Below the pieces are notes generated by a model. That model was not told the DNA's origin and did no database searches. It saw only the letters and a list, made by a program, of their open reading frames with translations. Below are positions 43,320 to 53,409 of a stretch of DNA of 64,000 nt, in pieces. This DNA comes from an uncultured virus (IMG/VR IMGVR_UViG_3300014969_000015) (lineage: Duplodnaviria > Heunggongvirae > Uroviricota > Caudoviricetes), in the IMG/VR virus record IMGVR_UViG_3300014969_000015. One strand, given 5' to 3'. The stretch's first letter is position 1. Each line of letters opens with the position of its first letter. The position numbers and the translations under genes are program-made.

Positions 43320-45404
43320 TTAGGTTCCGACGCGGACGTTGAAGAGGCGCTGCTTTTTGCCCTGCTGGACGCGGATAAGGATGTTGGTGCGTTTGGTCGA
43401 CGAGAAGCCGAGGCCCGAGAGCTGCCCATCCGTGGGCTGGCACTTGGTCTTGTCGCCAATGACCTCGAACACTTTGCGGTGCGGCTCGAGGCGCGGGTGC
43501 AGGAACTCGTTGTAGATGCCGCGGGTGGGCTCGTCGTTCTTGGCGCCGTGCAGGACGAAGAACGTGTGCTTGTTGCCCATTGCGTTGGCGCCCCAGTAGT
43601 TGGGGCTCAGCGTGACGGCGTCGACCTTGACGTACTGCTCTGTCGAGAGCCCCCATTTCGTTTGCGAGATGTTCGACGCAGTGATCGCCGGATCACCCCT
43701 CTCGAGGCTTTCGATACGTCCCTCCTTCATGTGCAGGGTCACGACGTGGATGTCCTGCTTGTCGCGGACCGCCTTGTTGTAGGAGAAGTGCGAGAGCTTG
43801 CCGCCGCACTCCACCTCGATCACGAAGCCAACGTCGCTGGCCTCACGCTTGGAGAAATTGTTGACAACGATCTTGTAGGCGCCGCTCGGCATCTTGTTCA
43901 TCCAGACGACGTTCTCGACGGCCTCGCGGGTCGTGCCACCGCCCGCGTTCATGTCGACGTCGAGGACGCCGCCACTTGCGCCCCTCTTGTTGCTGAAAGA
44001 GATGTGGTCATGAAGGCCGGCGACGCCACGCCCAGGCGGCTCGTAGACGTGCAGGTCGAGGTCATCGTAATTGAACCACGATAGCGAAACGCGCAGCGTC
44101 GCGCCCTCGACCTTACCGCCAGCCTTCTTCACCCGCTCGGCGATCGAGTCGGTGACGTTGCCGCCGTAGCTCCACGCGAAGTCGTTGTCCCAGCGGAACA
44201 GTTGCTTGGGCTCCGGGTGTACAGGTGCCGTCAGTGACATCAGGTTGCCGAGGTGTTCACCCTTCAGCAGCACCTCCATGCTCGTCGCCTCCGGCAGCAC
44301 CCGCTCGACGAAGGTCTCGAGCCCGATGTCCTCGGCACGCTCCTCGTCCTTCTTCGTGTTCTGCGGGCTCGCGGCCGTCGCGACCTGCATGAGGGTGTCC
44401 CCGAGCCCGCCCTTCATGGCGGGCTTGACGCTGCCGTCGACCCACTTTACGTCGTTGACCGAAATATCGCGGATGGTGGCGAAACGACGCTCAAGCGCGG
44501 GCTCGAGGCCCAACGTTTCGATGGTCTCCATCGCCTTCTTCACCATAGTCGGCGTGATGACGGCGGTCGTGCGCTTGTAGTTGGTCGGCGCCACCTTCTG
44601 CTCGAAGCTCTCGACCGCGCGCTCGACGTCGATGCCCTCACTGAGGTCCTGCACGAGGGTGCCGATCACCGTGTTGCGGAAGCGCGACGCCGGGCCGACG
44701 GCGTTCGTCCACGCAAAGACGGCCTGTTCGCTAGGCTTCTTCGCTAGGAATGCCTTCTGCGCCGTCATGAACTGCACGACCGCTGCTTTGTGCTCGGCGC
44801 CGCGGTACAGGTTGTTGGCCTCGATGAGCGAGAGCACCGTGTCCAGCGCAGAGGGCGCCAGCTCGACGAGACCTCGCGTAAAGACCTGCACCGTGGTGCG
44901 GTAATCGCCGCGGACTTGGTCGGGCGACGAGGCCTGCAGCGCCTTGGGGATCGTGTCCGTGTAGAGGTGATTCCAGGTCAACGCCGTGCCGTGACCGGCG
45001 TCAAGCGAGCGGGTGGTGGCGGCGCCGAAGCTGTTCTCCTTCTGGCTGACCCGGTAGAGGTCCGAGATGTCCGCGCTGAGCACGGCGGCGCGCAGCGCCG
45101 CAGCCACGGTGTTGTACGGGTGCGGCGCCTTCTCGACCGCCTCGTCCCAGATGGTGCGGATGCGACCCTGGTCGTTGACGGAAACAACGTTGCCTGCGCG
45201 ACGAATGAAGTGCTTGCAGCAGGAGCACTCGTGCTCGGTCTGTTTCTTGAAGATGAGATTTGTTCCCTCGGGGAACGCGGTCAGGTAGCGCTGGTACAGC
45301 GTGTCGCCGTCGACGCCGGTGACGTAGACCTGCGGGGCCTTGACAACGGTCTGGAAGGACGCGGCCACGGTCTTCGCAAAGGTTGCGAACTTGTTGATGG
45401 GCAT
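43320..45404 (-). CDS. 694-aa phage-type hypothetical protein with YfaP/DUF2135-like segment
   Basis: HECSCCKHF; LRVSLSWFNYDDLDLHV...LDVDMN...AVENV.W. Confidence 0.8.
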   Translation of the reverse strand: MPINKFATFAKTVAASFQTVVKAPQVYVTGVDGDTLYQRYLTAFPEGTNLIFKKQTEHECSCCKHFIRRAGNVVSVNDQGRIRTIWDEAVEKAPHPYNTVAAALRAAVLSADISDLYRVSQKENSFGAATTRSLDAGHGTALTWNHLYTDTIPKALQASSPDQVRGDYRTTVQVFTRGLVELAPSALDTVLSLIEANNLYRGAEHKAAVVQFMTAQKAFLAKKPSEQAVFAWTNAVGPASRFRNTVIGTLVQDLSEGIDVERAVESFEQKVAPTNYKRTTAVITPTMVKKAMETIETLGLEPALERRFATIRDISVNDVKWVDGSVKPAMKGGLGDTLMQVATAASPQNTKKDEERAEDIGLETFVERVLPEATSMEVLLKGEHLGNLMSLTAPVHPEPKQLFRWDNDFAWSYGGNVTDSIAERVKKAGGKVEGATLRVSLSWFNYDDLDLHVYEPPGRGVAGLHDHISFSNKRGASGGVLDVDMNAGGGTTREAVENVVWMNKMPSGAYKIVVNNFSKREASDVGFVIEVECGGKLSHFSYNKAVRDKQDIHVVTLHMKEGRIESLERGDPAITASNISQTKWGLSTEQYVKVDAVTLSPNYWGANAMGNKHTFFVLHGAKNDEPTRGIYNEFLHPRLEPHRKVFEVIGDKTKCQPTDGQLSGLGFSSTKRTNILIRVQQGKKQRLFNVRVGT

Positions 45405-45529
45405 GTTCTAGTTTCCTTTTCGTTATGGCGGAAGCTCACGTTTTCTTCCTGTTGACGCATCCCCGCGAGATTCGTCTTACTCTCGAAGGTCCAGAATGAA
45501 ACAGCCACTACTTTGGCTAATTAAAGCCG

Positions 45530-45603
45530 TACGCGTCGCGGGATTCGAACCCGCACTTGAAGGCTTTTAAGGCCTTTGTCTCTAACCGTTGGACTAGACG
45601 CGC
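45530..45603 (-). tRNA. tRNA-Leu(UAA), short variable loop, no encoded CCA
   Basis: Acceptor GCGCGTC/GACGCGT, anticodon arm AAGGC-CTTAAAA-GCCTT, T arm GCGGG-TTCGAAT-CCCGC, discriminator A. Confidence 0.88.
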
Positions 45604-45892
45604 ATTCGTTGGGAGTTAGCTCACCCGTGCTTGTGCCGAATGGCACGATAGAGCCATGCGAGATCGTTCCCCTTGAACCCGACACACCAGCGCTTGATGG
45701 TAGGGAGACCTGCGGAGTGCGTTGGAAACGGGGCCCATTGGTCGTAGCTTGTCCAGCCATTGAAGCTGCCGGCATCCGTGGCGACCCAGAAGTCCTGTCC
45801 GTTTTCATGCACGACATCGATCGTGCCGAGCTGCCCCGCGGGGAATCCCCAGTGCGCGGTGATACGGCGAACACGTTGGCCTACCGTTGGAG

Positions 45893-46342
45893 TCACAAGG
45901 GTTCCTTTTTGGGCGTGATCCCCAAGTACGCATGCACCGCGCGATCCCGTGCCTTTTCCGCGCGCCAATCGGTGAATTCAAACGAGCACGTGGCGCACCG
46001 TCCTTTATCCACGAGAACGGTTAGCTCAACCACGTGAGGCGGCGCTCCGTAGGGCAAGTACTCTTCTTCCCTTGTGAACGTGATGGAGGAGGAAGCGCAA
46101 ACCGGGCACGAGGTCACGACAGCTGGCGGATCTTCAACCGCGGGAACCGGAAATAGATCTTCGGAAGTTGGATCGAGGTCCTTGGGAAACGGCTCTTCCC
46201 ACTGCTCTGGGAACTGGGGCACCAAGTGGGAGATCCCCGCGATCTGCATCTCTCCGCAGAACTCACAGTGGTACATGCCGATCGGCTGACCCTTCAGATC
46301 TTCAGGTTTACCGAGGCACGGCCATGTATTTTTATTGCTCAT
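45893..46342 (-). CDS. Zn-ribbon protein (MqsA/YgiT-like C-terminal part)
   Basis: HCEFCG, CPVC...EEEY...CATCSFEF. Confidence 0.5.
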   Translation of the reverse strand: MSNKNTWPCLGKPEDLKGQPIGMYHCEFCGEMQIAGISHLVPQFPEQWEEPFPKDLDPTSEDLFPVPAVEDPPAVVTSCPVCASSSITFTREEEYLPYGAPPHVVELTVLVDKGRCATCSFEFTDWRAEKARDRAVHAYLGITPKKEPL

Positions 46343-46346
46343 CGAT

Positions 46347-47150
46347 TTACTCCGTGACCTCGATGACGCGCTCGAACACAGCGATCGTGGCGAGCACGAT
46401 GGGGAGGCGCGCTGCTGATCGCAGGCGTGTGCGTTTTTCTGGAGTCGCGTCGTCGGCGACGGCAGCGGCAGCGGCAGCGGCAGCGGCAGCGGCAGCGGCG
46501 TCGTTGGCGTCGGCGCAGACGGCGTAGGCGACGGCGTCGGCGGCGTAGGCGACGGCAACGGCGACGCCGTCGGCGCCGCCGCAGAAAGTTGCGGCGTAGG
46601 CGACGGCAACGGCGACTGCGTCGCCGCCGCCGAAGTAAGCGGCGGCGTAGGCGGTGGCGGAGGCTGCGACGGCGGCGTCGGCGACGGCGTCGGCGTCGTA
46701 ACGGCGTTTCCGTGCCTCGCTCCGTACCGCCGAGACGACATCCCGCGCCGCGCGAGCAGTTGCGGTGTCAACGATCGGTGCGATCGCGCGTAGTTGCGCA
46801 GCTAGGTCGTGCCACTTCACGGCATCTAGCCCCATCGGAACGATCTCGCGGATCGTCGCATCCACCAGCGTGTACGCACGCTTGTGTTCCACGTCAGACG
46901 TCGAGCGCGTCCCGACCAGACGCGGGATCAGAGGCGCAAGCAACTGGCGCTCCTCGTCGTCGTACCGGTCATTGAGCCCGATCGCCAGCGAGGTAAGGAA
47001 CAGCGAGGCACATTGCGGGTGATCGCTGTGCGGCTCACCGGCGACATACGCGACGGCCTCCATCACGCACGCGCCATCAGCAAACACCGAATGCGATCCG
47101 TGACTGAGTCTGAAGTCGGGAGGGAGCTGACGAACGATAGCAGCAGTCAT
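46347..47150 (-). CDS. Phage-type hypothetical protein with Ala-rich low-complexity tract
   Basis: ACVMEAVAYVAGEPHSDHPQCAS, followed by a poly-Ala tract. Confidence 0.75.
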   Translation of the reverse strand: MTAAIVRQLPPDFRLSHGSHSVFADGACVMEAVAYVAGEPHSDHPQCASLFLTSLAIGLNDRYDDEERQLLAPLIPRLVGTRSTSDVEHKRAYTLVDATIREIVPMGLDAVKWHDLAAQLRAIAPIVDTATARAARDVVSAVRSEARKRRYDADAVADAAVAASATAYAAAYFGGGDAVAVAVAYAATFCGGADGVAVAVAYAADAVAYAVCADANDAAAAAAAAAAAAAVADDATPEKRTRLRSAARLPIVLATIAVFERVIEVTE

Positions 47151-47244
47151 CCTTGCACGCGGTCCTCAGTGAGGCCGCTGAGGTTGTTCGCGACGGCGCG
47201 CCGGACGCGAGCCTGCGCCGAGCGGGGATCTTCAGGTCTACCGC

Positions 47245-47443
47245 TCATCGATCCACTCCCGTGATCCCGACAAGCTTGGCGAGCTCGCGTCGCACGAAGT
47301 TCGCGAGCGTGCGCCCCTCGTCCTTGGCACGTACCTTGAGTGCTTTGTGGAGCCCCAGGCTCACCCAGGCTTGCACGAGCTTGTGCGCCTTGCGGTGTCT
47401 GCGGGTGCGTTCACCGGTTTCGCGCGCTTTGTTTGCTGCCATT
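47245..47443 (-). CDS. Ribbon-helix-helix-like regulator
   Basis: LVQAWVSLGLHKALKVRAKDEGRTLANFVRREL. Confidence 0.6.
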
Positions 47444-47529
47444 TTGATGAAGGTTGCATAGCTCGTAAAGAGCGTCAAGCGCTAAGCCTTGGAGGGTGCG
47501 TAGGCCGCGGCATCAAACCTCTTTTTTAT

Positions 47530-47558
47530 TGACAGGTAGGTTCATGTAGGACAAGATA
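47530..47558 (+). promoter_or_regulatory. Putative sigma70 promoter for ORF 47566..47784
   Basis: TTGACA, ~17 nt, CAAGAT, ending a few nt before the ATG, in a divergent intergenic region. Confidence 0.55.
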
Positions 47559-48551
47559 GGTAAAAATGAGGTCAAATAAAAATCCCAACGATGCGATTGA
47601 AGTATTGGATATGCCTCAAAAGTCGTTCGCGCGAGTGCGAGTCCGGGAGCAGGGGACGACATGGAGCACCAAGGCTTCGGTATTCCTGGAGGCTGATCAA
47701 CTAGAAGCGCACGCTCAAGAATGTCTGGACATAGCTCGACGTATCCGAGAGCGGAATGGGTTCAAGGAGAAAGAATCTCCTTAGGAGCCCGGCGCGCACT
47801 GCCGATCGCACGCCGTACCTGGGTATTAAAACACCCGGCTTTTTGCGCGCCACATGCACACATGCACCGTAGTCATTACGTCACGGGGTACGCCGTCCGT
47901 TAGGCTCCGCGCCCAAGCGTCCGGGACCTTGTGAATGGCACAAAACCAGCCGGTGGCCTAGTCATGACGAATTACACTTCCATCCGGACCTGCGCGGCCA
48001 TCGGCAGTAACTTGGCGGCATCCTTGCCATCGGATAACGATGGGGCCGTCTCAATCCCGCTGATGAGCCGCGAGACACGCGAACTTCACGTTAGTAAGGG
48101 CGCCGATTGGAATCAGCGCCTTGCATTCGAGTGGGGGCTATTAGCAGGGTGTCATCGACGCTGCGGCGACGAGAGTACCGCGGCCTACTGTGACGCTCGC
48201 GTAGTCGCGTTGGCAGGGGATATGGGCTACTAGCAGGGTGTCATCGGCGTAACGACGACGCGGGTACCGCGGCCCGCGTCGTCGGGTTGCCCCTCGCGAA
48301 CGTAGGGGGCTCGCGTTGAACTTGACCTGTCGCTCGTCCAGCGCGATGCTTGGCGCATGATGTATCGCAACTTCGACGCCTCCGTCATTCGATGGTTCGG
48401 ATGCAGTGAACGGGGAGCCCATCGGTTCAACGCGTCCGGTTTCTGCATGGACTGCGGCGCGGAACGACGAGGCCCCGCCGTAGCCGTGGTGCGCGGCGCC
48501 GTGGTGCGCGCCGCGAAGAAATAACGACGGATCTGTCGTCTTGACCTCCTA

Positions 48552-48968
48552 TCATGTGGAGGTCCCCCGTCGCTGTCGTGCAATGCCCGCCGCGTCGAGG
48601 ATGCGCGCCACCTGCTTCGGGTCTAGCGGATTTCCGTCTCGGTTGACAAAATGCTTCTCGGTGAGCGTTCGTGAAATGGCGCGCAGCGACAAACCCGCGC
48701 CATGCATTTGCTTGATCTCGGCAATCAGCCGACCTTCGTAGCGGGAAGGCTTGAGCTGCTTGGTCAAGTCGTCACTTTCCAGGCCGTAGGGCAGATTTCC
48801 GTTGAACTTCAGCCCTTGTTTACGGAGGTCATTGACCGCCTCACACGTGCGCACACTGATCAGGGCGCGCAGGTCCTGGTTTTCGGCTAGCAGTTGGCGA
48901 CAGATCTCCAGTAGCTCCTCCACGCTGGAGGTGGCCAGCTTTTCTTCGGTGAAGTGCGGCTCTTTCAA
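48552..48968 (-). CDS. Recombinase DNA-binding-domain protein (serine-recombinase C-terminal type) without catalytic domain
   Basis: GNLPYG...E..LI.EI.QMH..GLSLRAISRTL...NRDG. Confidence 0.65.
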   Translation of the reverse strand: MKEPHFTEEKLATSSVEELLEICRQLLAENQDLRALISVRTCEAVNDLRKQGLKFNGNLPYGLESDDLTKQLKPSRYEGRLIAEIKQMHGAGLSLRAISRTLTEKHFVNRDGNPLDPKQVARILDAAGIARQRRGTST

Positions 48969-49894
48969 GGCGGCACCTTCCCTCTCCGCTGCTGCCGAAA
49001 TAGGGCCACTTGTCGGGCGACGCCTGTGCCTCGAGTCTTGCCATCGTAACGCGCCGTCATGTCCGCGCTGGCGTGTCCGGCGGCGCCCTGGATCTCATAC
49101 GCGGGCAATCCAGCCTCGTGCGCGTCGCGAATGAACGCTGCCCGGAAACTATGTGGATGGGCCTCGGGTGCGATCAACTTCGCCCAGTGGTCGACGATCT
49201 TGTTCACCGTGTTCGGGTGCAGGTGCCCGTCGCTGTCATCCGCGGGGAACAGATAGTCCGAGGTTCGGCGCGAGCTCAGCCATCGATCGATAGCCGCGAC
49301 GCTGTCATCGGGCAATTCGACCTCCTGCTCCTTGTCCCCTTTTTGCCGATTGTAGACGCGGCGCCCATCGTAGTTTAAGCGGGGGAGCGAGGCGACCGCG
49401 GCACGCCGCCAACCTGTGTCGCGGAGCAGGCACAAGACGGCATGGTCTCGAGGGTGCCCCGAGGCAGCCTCCAAGATCGCACGGGCCTGGTCGTCGGAGA
49501 TACGCCTTGACTTGAGTACCTTGCCGGCCTTGGGCCACATAAGAATCTCCGGGTGAAAGGGGTTGCCGCTGACGATCGGGCGACCATGCTCATCGGGAAG
49601 CTTGCGGAGCGTGCTGTAGATCGTCGACATCGAGGCGAGCCGTCGCCGCCGCGTGTCCTCCGAGCCGATGAGCGCGTCGCGGTAGCGCGTCGCGTCGCCA
49701 AGCGCCGGGCTTTTCGGATCGATCTGCTCGTGAGAACAGAACGCGAGCCAGCCTTCGAGGTCGTTCGTGTACGCGCTCCGCGTGTGTGGGGAGTTCTTCG
49801 CCGCGATGACCTTGAGGGCGGCAGCCTTGAAGTCGACCCGCGACGGGGGCTGCACAACCAGTGTTGTCGTTTGGTTCGTATCGATCTTGGGCAT
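48965..49894 (-). CDS. XerC/D-like tyrosine recombinase
   Basis: SPHTRSAY, RDHAVL.LL..TGWR, KG, HPHSFR, GHAS.DMT.RY. Confidence 0.92.
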   Translation of the reverse strand: MPKIDTNQTTTLVVQPPSRVDFKAAALKVIAAKNSPHTRSAYTNDLEGWLAFCSHEQIDPKSPALGDATRYRDALIGSEDTRRRRLASMSTIYSTLRKLPDEHGRPIVSGNPFHPEILMWPKAGKVLKSRRISDDQARAILEAASGHPRDHAVLCLLRDTGWRRAAVASLPRLNYDGRRVYNRQKGDKEQEVELPDDSVAAIDRWLSSRRTSDYLFPADDSDGHLHPNTVNKIVDHWAKLIAPEAHPHSFRAAFIRDAHEAGLPAYEIQGAAGHASADMTARYDGKTRGTGVARQVALFRQQRRGKVPP

Positions 49895-50336
49895 GTCAGA
49901 ACTCTGGCGATGTCTACACGGGCTGCGCGGGGTACGTGTGCAGCTTCGCGCGCGTCATTTTTCGCATGGGGAGATTCCGCTGGGGCCACGCGTAGAGCGA
50001 CCACAGTCGCTCGACGATCGCCTTGCTAGACGCGCTCACGCCTCGCCCCACAGATGGGCATGTTCGATGAAGCACGTCAGCCAGCGATCGAACTCGTCCG
50101 GATTGATCGCGCCGTTCGATCCTCGACACGCCTCGGCGAGGCCCCGCCAGTGTTCAGATCTGTCCTGCGTTGACGTGTTCGTGATGCCCGGCTTCACCTC
50201 AAACGCGAACCATACGCGCCAGCCTGTCATCACGGCGTCTTCGCATCTTCGTAGCGCGGCGCCGCGGGGATGAACAACGCGCAATTTCCGATCGCGACGT
50301 TGAAGATCGTCCACAGCTCGGGGCTCTTGCAGGTCT

Positions 50337-50699
50337 TCATTCGGACAAAGCCTCCGGCCATGACGCTTTGACGATCGGCCACAGCTCGGCGAGTTTCTTG
50401 CCAGCGGCCTGGCCGATCGCACGTCCGCCCGCGCCGCTCGGCGGTCGGTAGTAGACCTCGGAAAGCTTCTTCCAGAACGCACGAATCACGCCGCCGTTCG
50501 ACGACTCGAACGTGTAGCTTCCGTCGGGATTGTTCTTGATCGTGTCGAGCAGTGCCGTCTGGGTGCGCCGGATGATGCTGCCCAGGCCACGGGGCAGGCG
50601 TGTACGTAGGATAACGGCGGGAGGCGCCGTGTGTGACTTCGCTGCGACGAGCGCCTCCTCGATCTCACGATCGAGCTGCCATGAAGGCTTCTTGGTCAC
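50337..50699 (-). CDS. Hypothetical protein with N-terminal shared tag
   Basis: MTKKPSWQLDREIEEAL. Confidence 0.7.
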   Translation of the reverse strand: MTKKPSWQLDREIEEALVAAKSHTAPPAVILRTRLPRGLGSIIRRTQTALLDTIKNNPDGSYTFESSNGGVIRAFWKKLSEVYYRPPSGAGGRAIGQAAGKKLAELWPIVKASWPEALSE

Positions 50700-51194
50700 A
50701 GCTACTCCTTGCCCGCAATGCCGTGTGACATCACCGCTGCTGCCTCATCTGCTGCCGGCTGCGGGTCACGTGGCTCAATTGATCGAGGCGGCGATCCGCT
50801 TGAGCGTCGGCACACTCGCCACGCTGCTGCCTCATCTGCTGCCGGCTGCGGGTCACGCGTCGGCAGGTCCAGCTCAAACCAGACCGGCGCGGTATTGCGG
50901 TGGATGCGACGACGGCGGCTCATGTGGCCCTCGGCAGATTTGGCTGCGAGGGCAGCCGCGCTGTTGGTGTGCTGGGATGGCATCTACGCGGCACTTTAGC
51001 AGACTGGGGGCATAACTCGCAATTATACCCCGTTAGAAATTTCTGGTGCAAGTTGTTGATACTTAGTGACAACAGGGGTCGTGTTGTCACAGATAAGTTC
51101 GAGGCTTGAAACGGTGCCATGCGAAGGGCCGTCGCCGTCGGTGGAGCCGTGACGACGGCCGTCGGTGGAGCTTGGCCGTGGTAGGATCAAGGCC

Positions 51195-51824
51195 ATGCCC
51201 AAATCAAGGATCGCTCGCGAGGTTGACGAGATTCTCGCCAACGGATCCGAGGCCGAGGCAGGATCCGAGACGATCGATGAGCTGAGGCCAAGACCCAAGA
51301 AGCCGAAATCGCTCACCAACGCAATCATCGAGAAGGCCGTCATGGCCGCTCGGCTATACTTTGGTTCCCTGGGCGGAAAACTTAGGCCGCGCGACGAGAA
51401 GAAGCTCCACGATCGGATGATTCGAGCCATCGAGATGGTCGTCAGGAAATCGAATGGGCTCCTCGACTACGGTAACGCCTACAGGCAAATTCACGACGAG
51501 GCAATACGACGAGGCCGCATCCTGGCACTGCCAGGGGATCCACATCTAAGGACGCGAGCTCGCCGGGCGAAACGGGGGGGGGTGCGGCGAAATGTGCCGA
51601 GGACGAATCGGTGCTTCAGGGTATTAGGGATAACTAGGTTCCAAGGTCCTGTGCTGGAGGTGCTAGGATCCTCAGGATGCTTCGCTACGCAAGTTTCCAG
51701 AACTGGACCATTGGCCAACTCCTCATTGGACTTGGCCGCAGAGCGGAACCTATACGTGGATCTATTCCATCAGCATGGATCACAGACGCCAGTGAATCCG
51801 AGATCCGAGACGCTGCCTCCCTGA
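51195..51824 (+). CDS. Hypothetical protein with N-terminal shared tag
   Basis: MPKSRIAREVDEIL; TGGTAGGAT lies 7 nt upstream. Confidence 0.65.
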   Translation: MPKSRIAREVDEILANGSEAEAGSETIDELRPRPKKPKSLTNAIIEKAVMAARLYFGSLGGKLRPRDEKKLHDRMIRAIEMVVRKSNGLLDYGNAYRQIHDEAIRRGRILALPGDPHLRTRARRAKRGGVRRNVPRTNRCFRVLGITRFQGPVLEVLGSSGCFATQVSRTGPLANSSLDLAAERNLYVDLFHQHGSQTPVNPRSETLPP

Positions 51825-52243
51825 GCGGCGCGGTCCAATTGGAGATTCAAGCTGTGCGGGAAAAGGAGTCGCCAGCTGAGATAAGAAGGGCTGTTAACCA
51901 AATTTTGCAGGAAAATAAGCCGCAGCGTCAGCGCCGTACGTAGAGTGCAAGCGCGGCCGCTAGCAACCCTGCGCAGAGCACGAACAGCGCCCCCGAAGGG
52001 CCGTTCGCCCGAGGGGTCGAGATCGCTCGGTCGTGTGCGCGCCATGAAGTAAGCGCCGATTCGCCTTTGTTATTCGGTGCGCCCCAGATCAGCGGTCACT
52101 CCTGCCACCTCACTTGCGACGTCGACGGCGCGCTCCGCGTCGTCGCGGCCGTAGACGTGGCCGATCAACTTCTTTGGTGGAAACGCATGTGTGAGGATGT
52201 CATCGATCTCTGGGGGCGCTTCGTCATCGGTCCGTCCTCTACT

Positions 52244-53056
52244 CTACTCTTGTACTTCGAGAGCGCCGTCTCGTGTCCAAGCTAACTCTCCGCGCCTAAC
52301 AGCGGCATTAATGTGCGGCATCCGGTACCCAAGTTTGCTCAGAAAGTAGGGAGTGGCGTGGTAGGGCCCCGCCTGGGCTACGACGGCCTGCAGCGGTGTC
52401 GGTCCGACTCGTGCCAGCTTCGGCTGCTGTAGTCCGGGCTTGCGGCCCGAGCCTGGACGGGGGGCGCCTCGGCGCTCGCCCTTTGCCATGGACTTCGAGC
52501 GTAACGATGCCCCAATAGCGGAATTTAGCGCGGCACGATCGAACCAAGCCTGATGCTCGAAGGCTATTTCGCCGTCGGCGGCGATGACCTGCACTACATC
52601 TCCTACAAGACGATGTGTGAAACCTGGAGCGGCTGGTTGTGCCGTGGATCTAATCTTGCCTTGGACATCCACATAATATGCCTCGGGCGCAGATCTCTTA
52701 CTATGGGGCACCGCGTAAGAGTGCGGTGTCTTCTGCTTGCGCGCATGAGAGTGCTTGTACTTTGGGTCAAGCGCCTCGTCGATCTCGCGCCTGATCTGCG
52801 CATGAGACTTCTTGGGCGGCGCGCTGACTGGCCTTGTCCACTCCACGTCGTCGGGGTGCCCAACGAAGGTATAGTCACCTGGGCCGAGTCTCATCGGACG
52901 CATCCGTAGGTCACGCCCTACAATTCCCTCATCGCTCCGACGCGTGGGTCCGTAAACGTAGACTTCTTCAAACTCGACCTTGTCGCCTGGGCCGCGACTC
53001 TGAATTAAATATCCGATCTTGGGCTGGTTGGGCTGGTTGCGCGCACTCTTTGCCAT
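52244..53056 (-). CDS. Hypothetical protein with internal shared tag
   Basis: PKKSHAQIRREIDEAL; TGGTAGAAT lies 9 nt upstream. Confidence 0.75.
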   Translation of the reverse strand: MAKSARNQPNQPKIGYLIQSRGPGDKVEFEEVYVYGPTRRSDEGIVGRDLRMRPMRLGPGDYTFVGHPDDVEWTRPVSAPPKKSHAQIRREIDEALDPKYKHSHARKQKTPHSYAVPHSKRSAPEAYYVDVQGKIRSTAQPAAPGFTHRLVGDVVQVIAADGEIAFEHQAWFDRAALNSAIGASLRSKSMAKGERRGAPRPGSGRKPGLQQPKLARVGPTPLQAVVAQAGPYHATPYFLSKLGYRMPHINAAVRRGELAWTRDGALEVQE

Positions 53057-53409
53057 GGCTCGAGGATTCTACCATCTCGCAGGGACCCTTGGTTACGAAA
53101 CGGCTAAGATGGCGCGGTTTCGTTACCTTGGTCTACCTGCTCGACGACGGTCTCTTCATCGACGAAGTCGTCGGGCGGGTGACCGCAGTGGGGGCAGACC
53201 CGGGCCGAGAGCCACTGGCCGGCGAGCAACGCGTCCATGGCGATTCCGGCGAACCGGGCCACCCGCAACGCGAGCGCCATACGACGACAAGACCTGGGAC
53301 CTTGCGCCTGTGCGGGAGCGCAGGGAAGACAACCGCGGTGGCGGTTCGAAGTGATCTCTGTGGCGGTCATCAATACCGTACATGGCCGGATGTGGGTAGG
53401 ATGGTTGCC

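Noticed and set aside
46427..46975. Arg-rich plus-strand ORF and Pro/Thr-rich N-terminal extension of 45893..46771
   Set aside because: These are alternative frames of the Ala-rich tract in 46347..47150.
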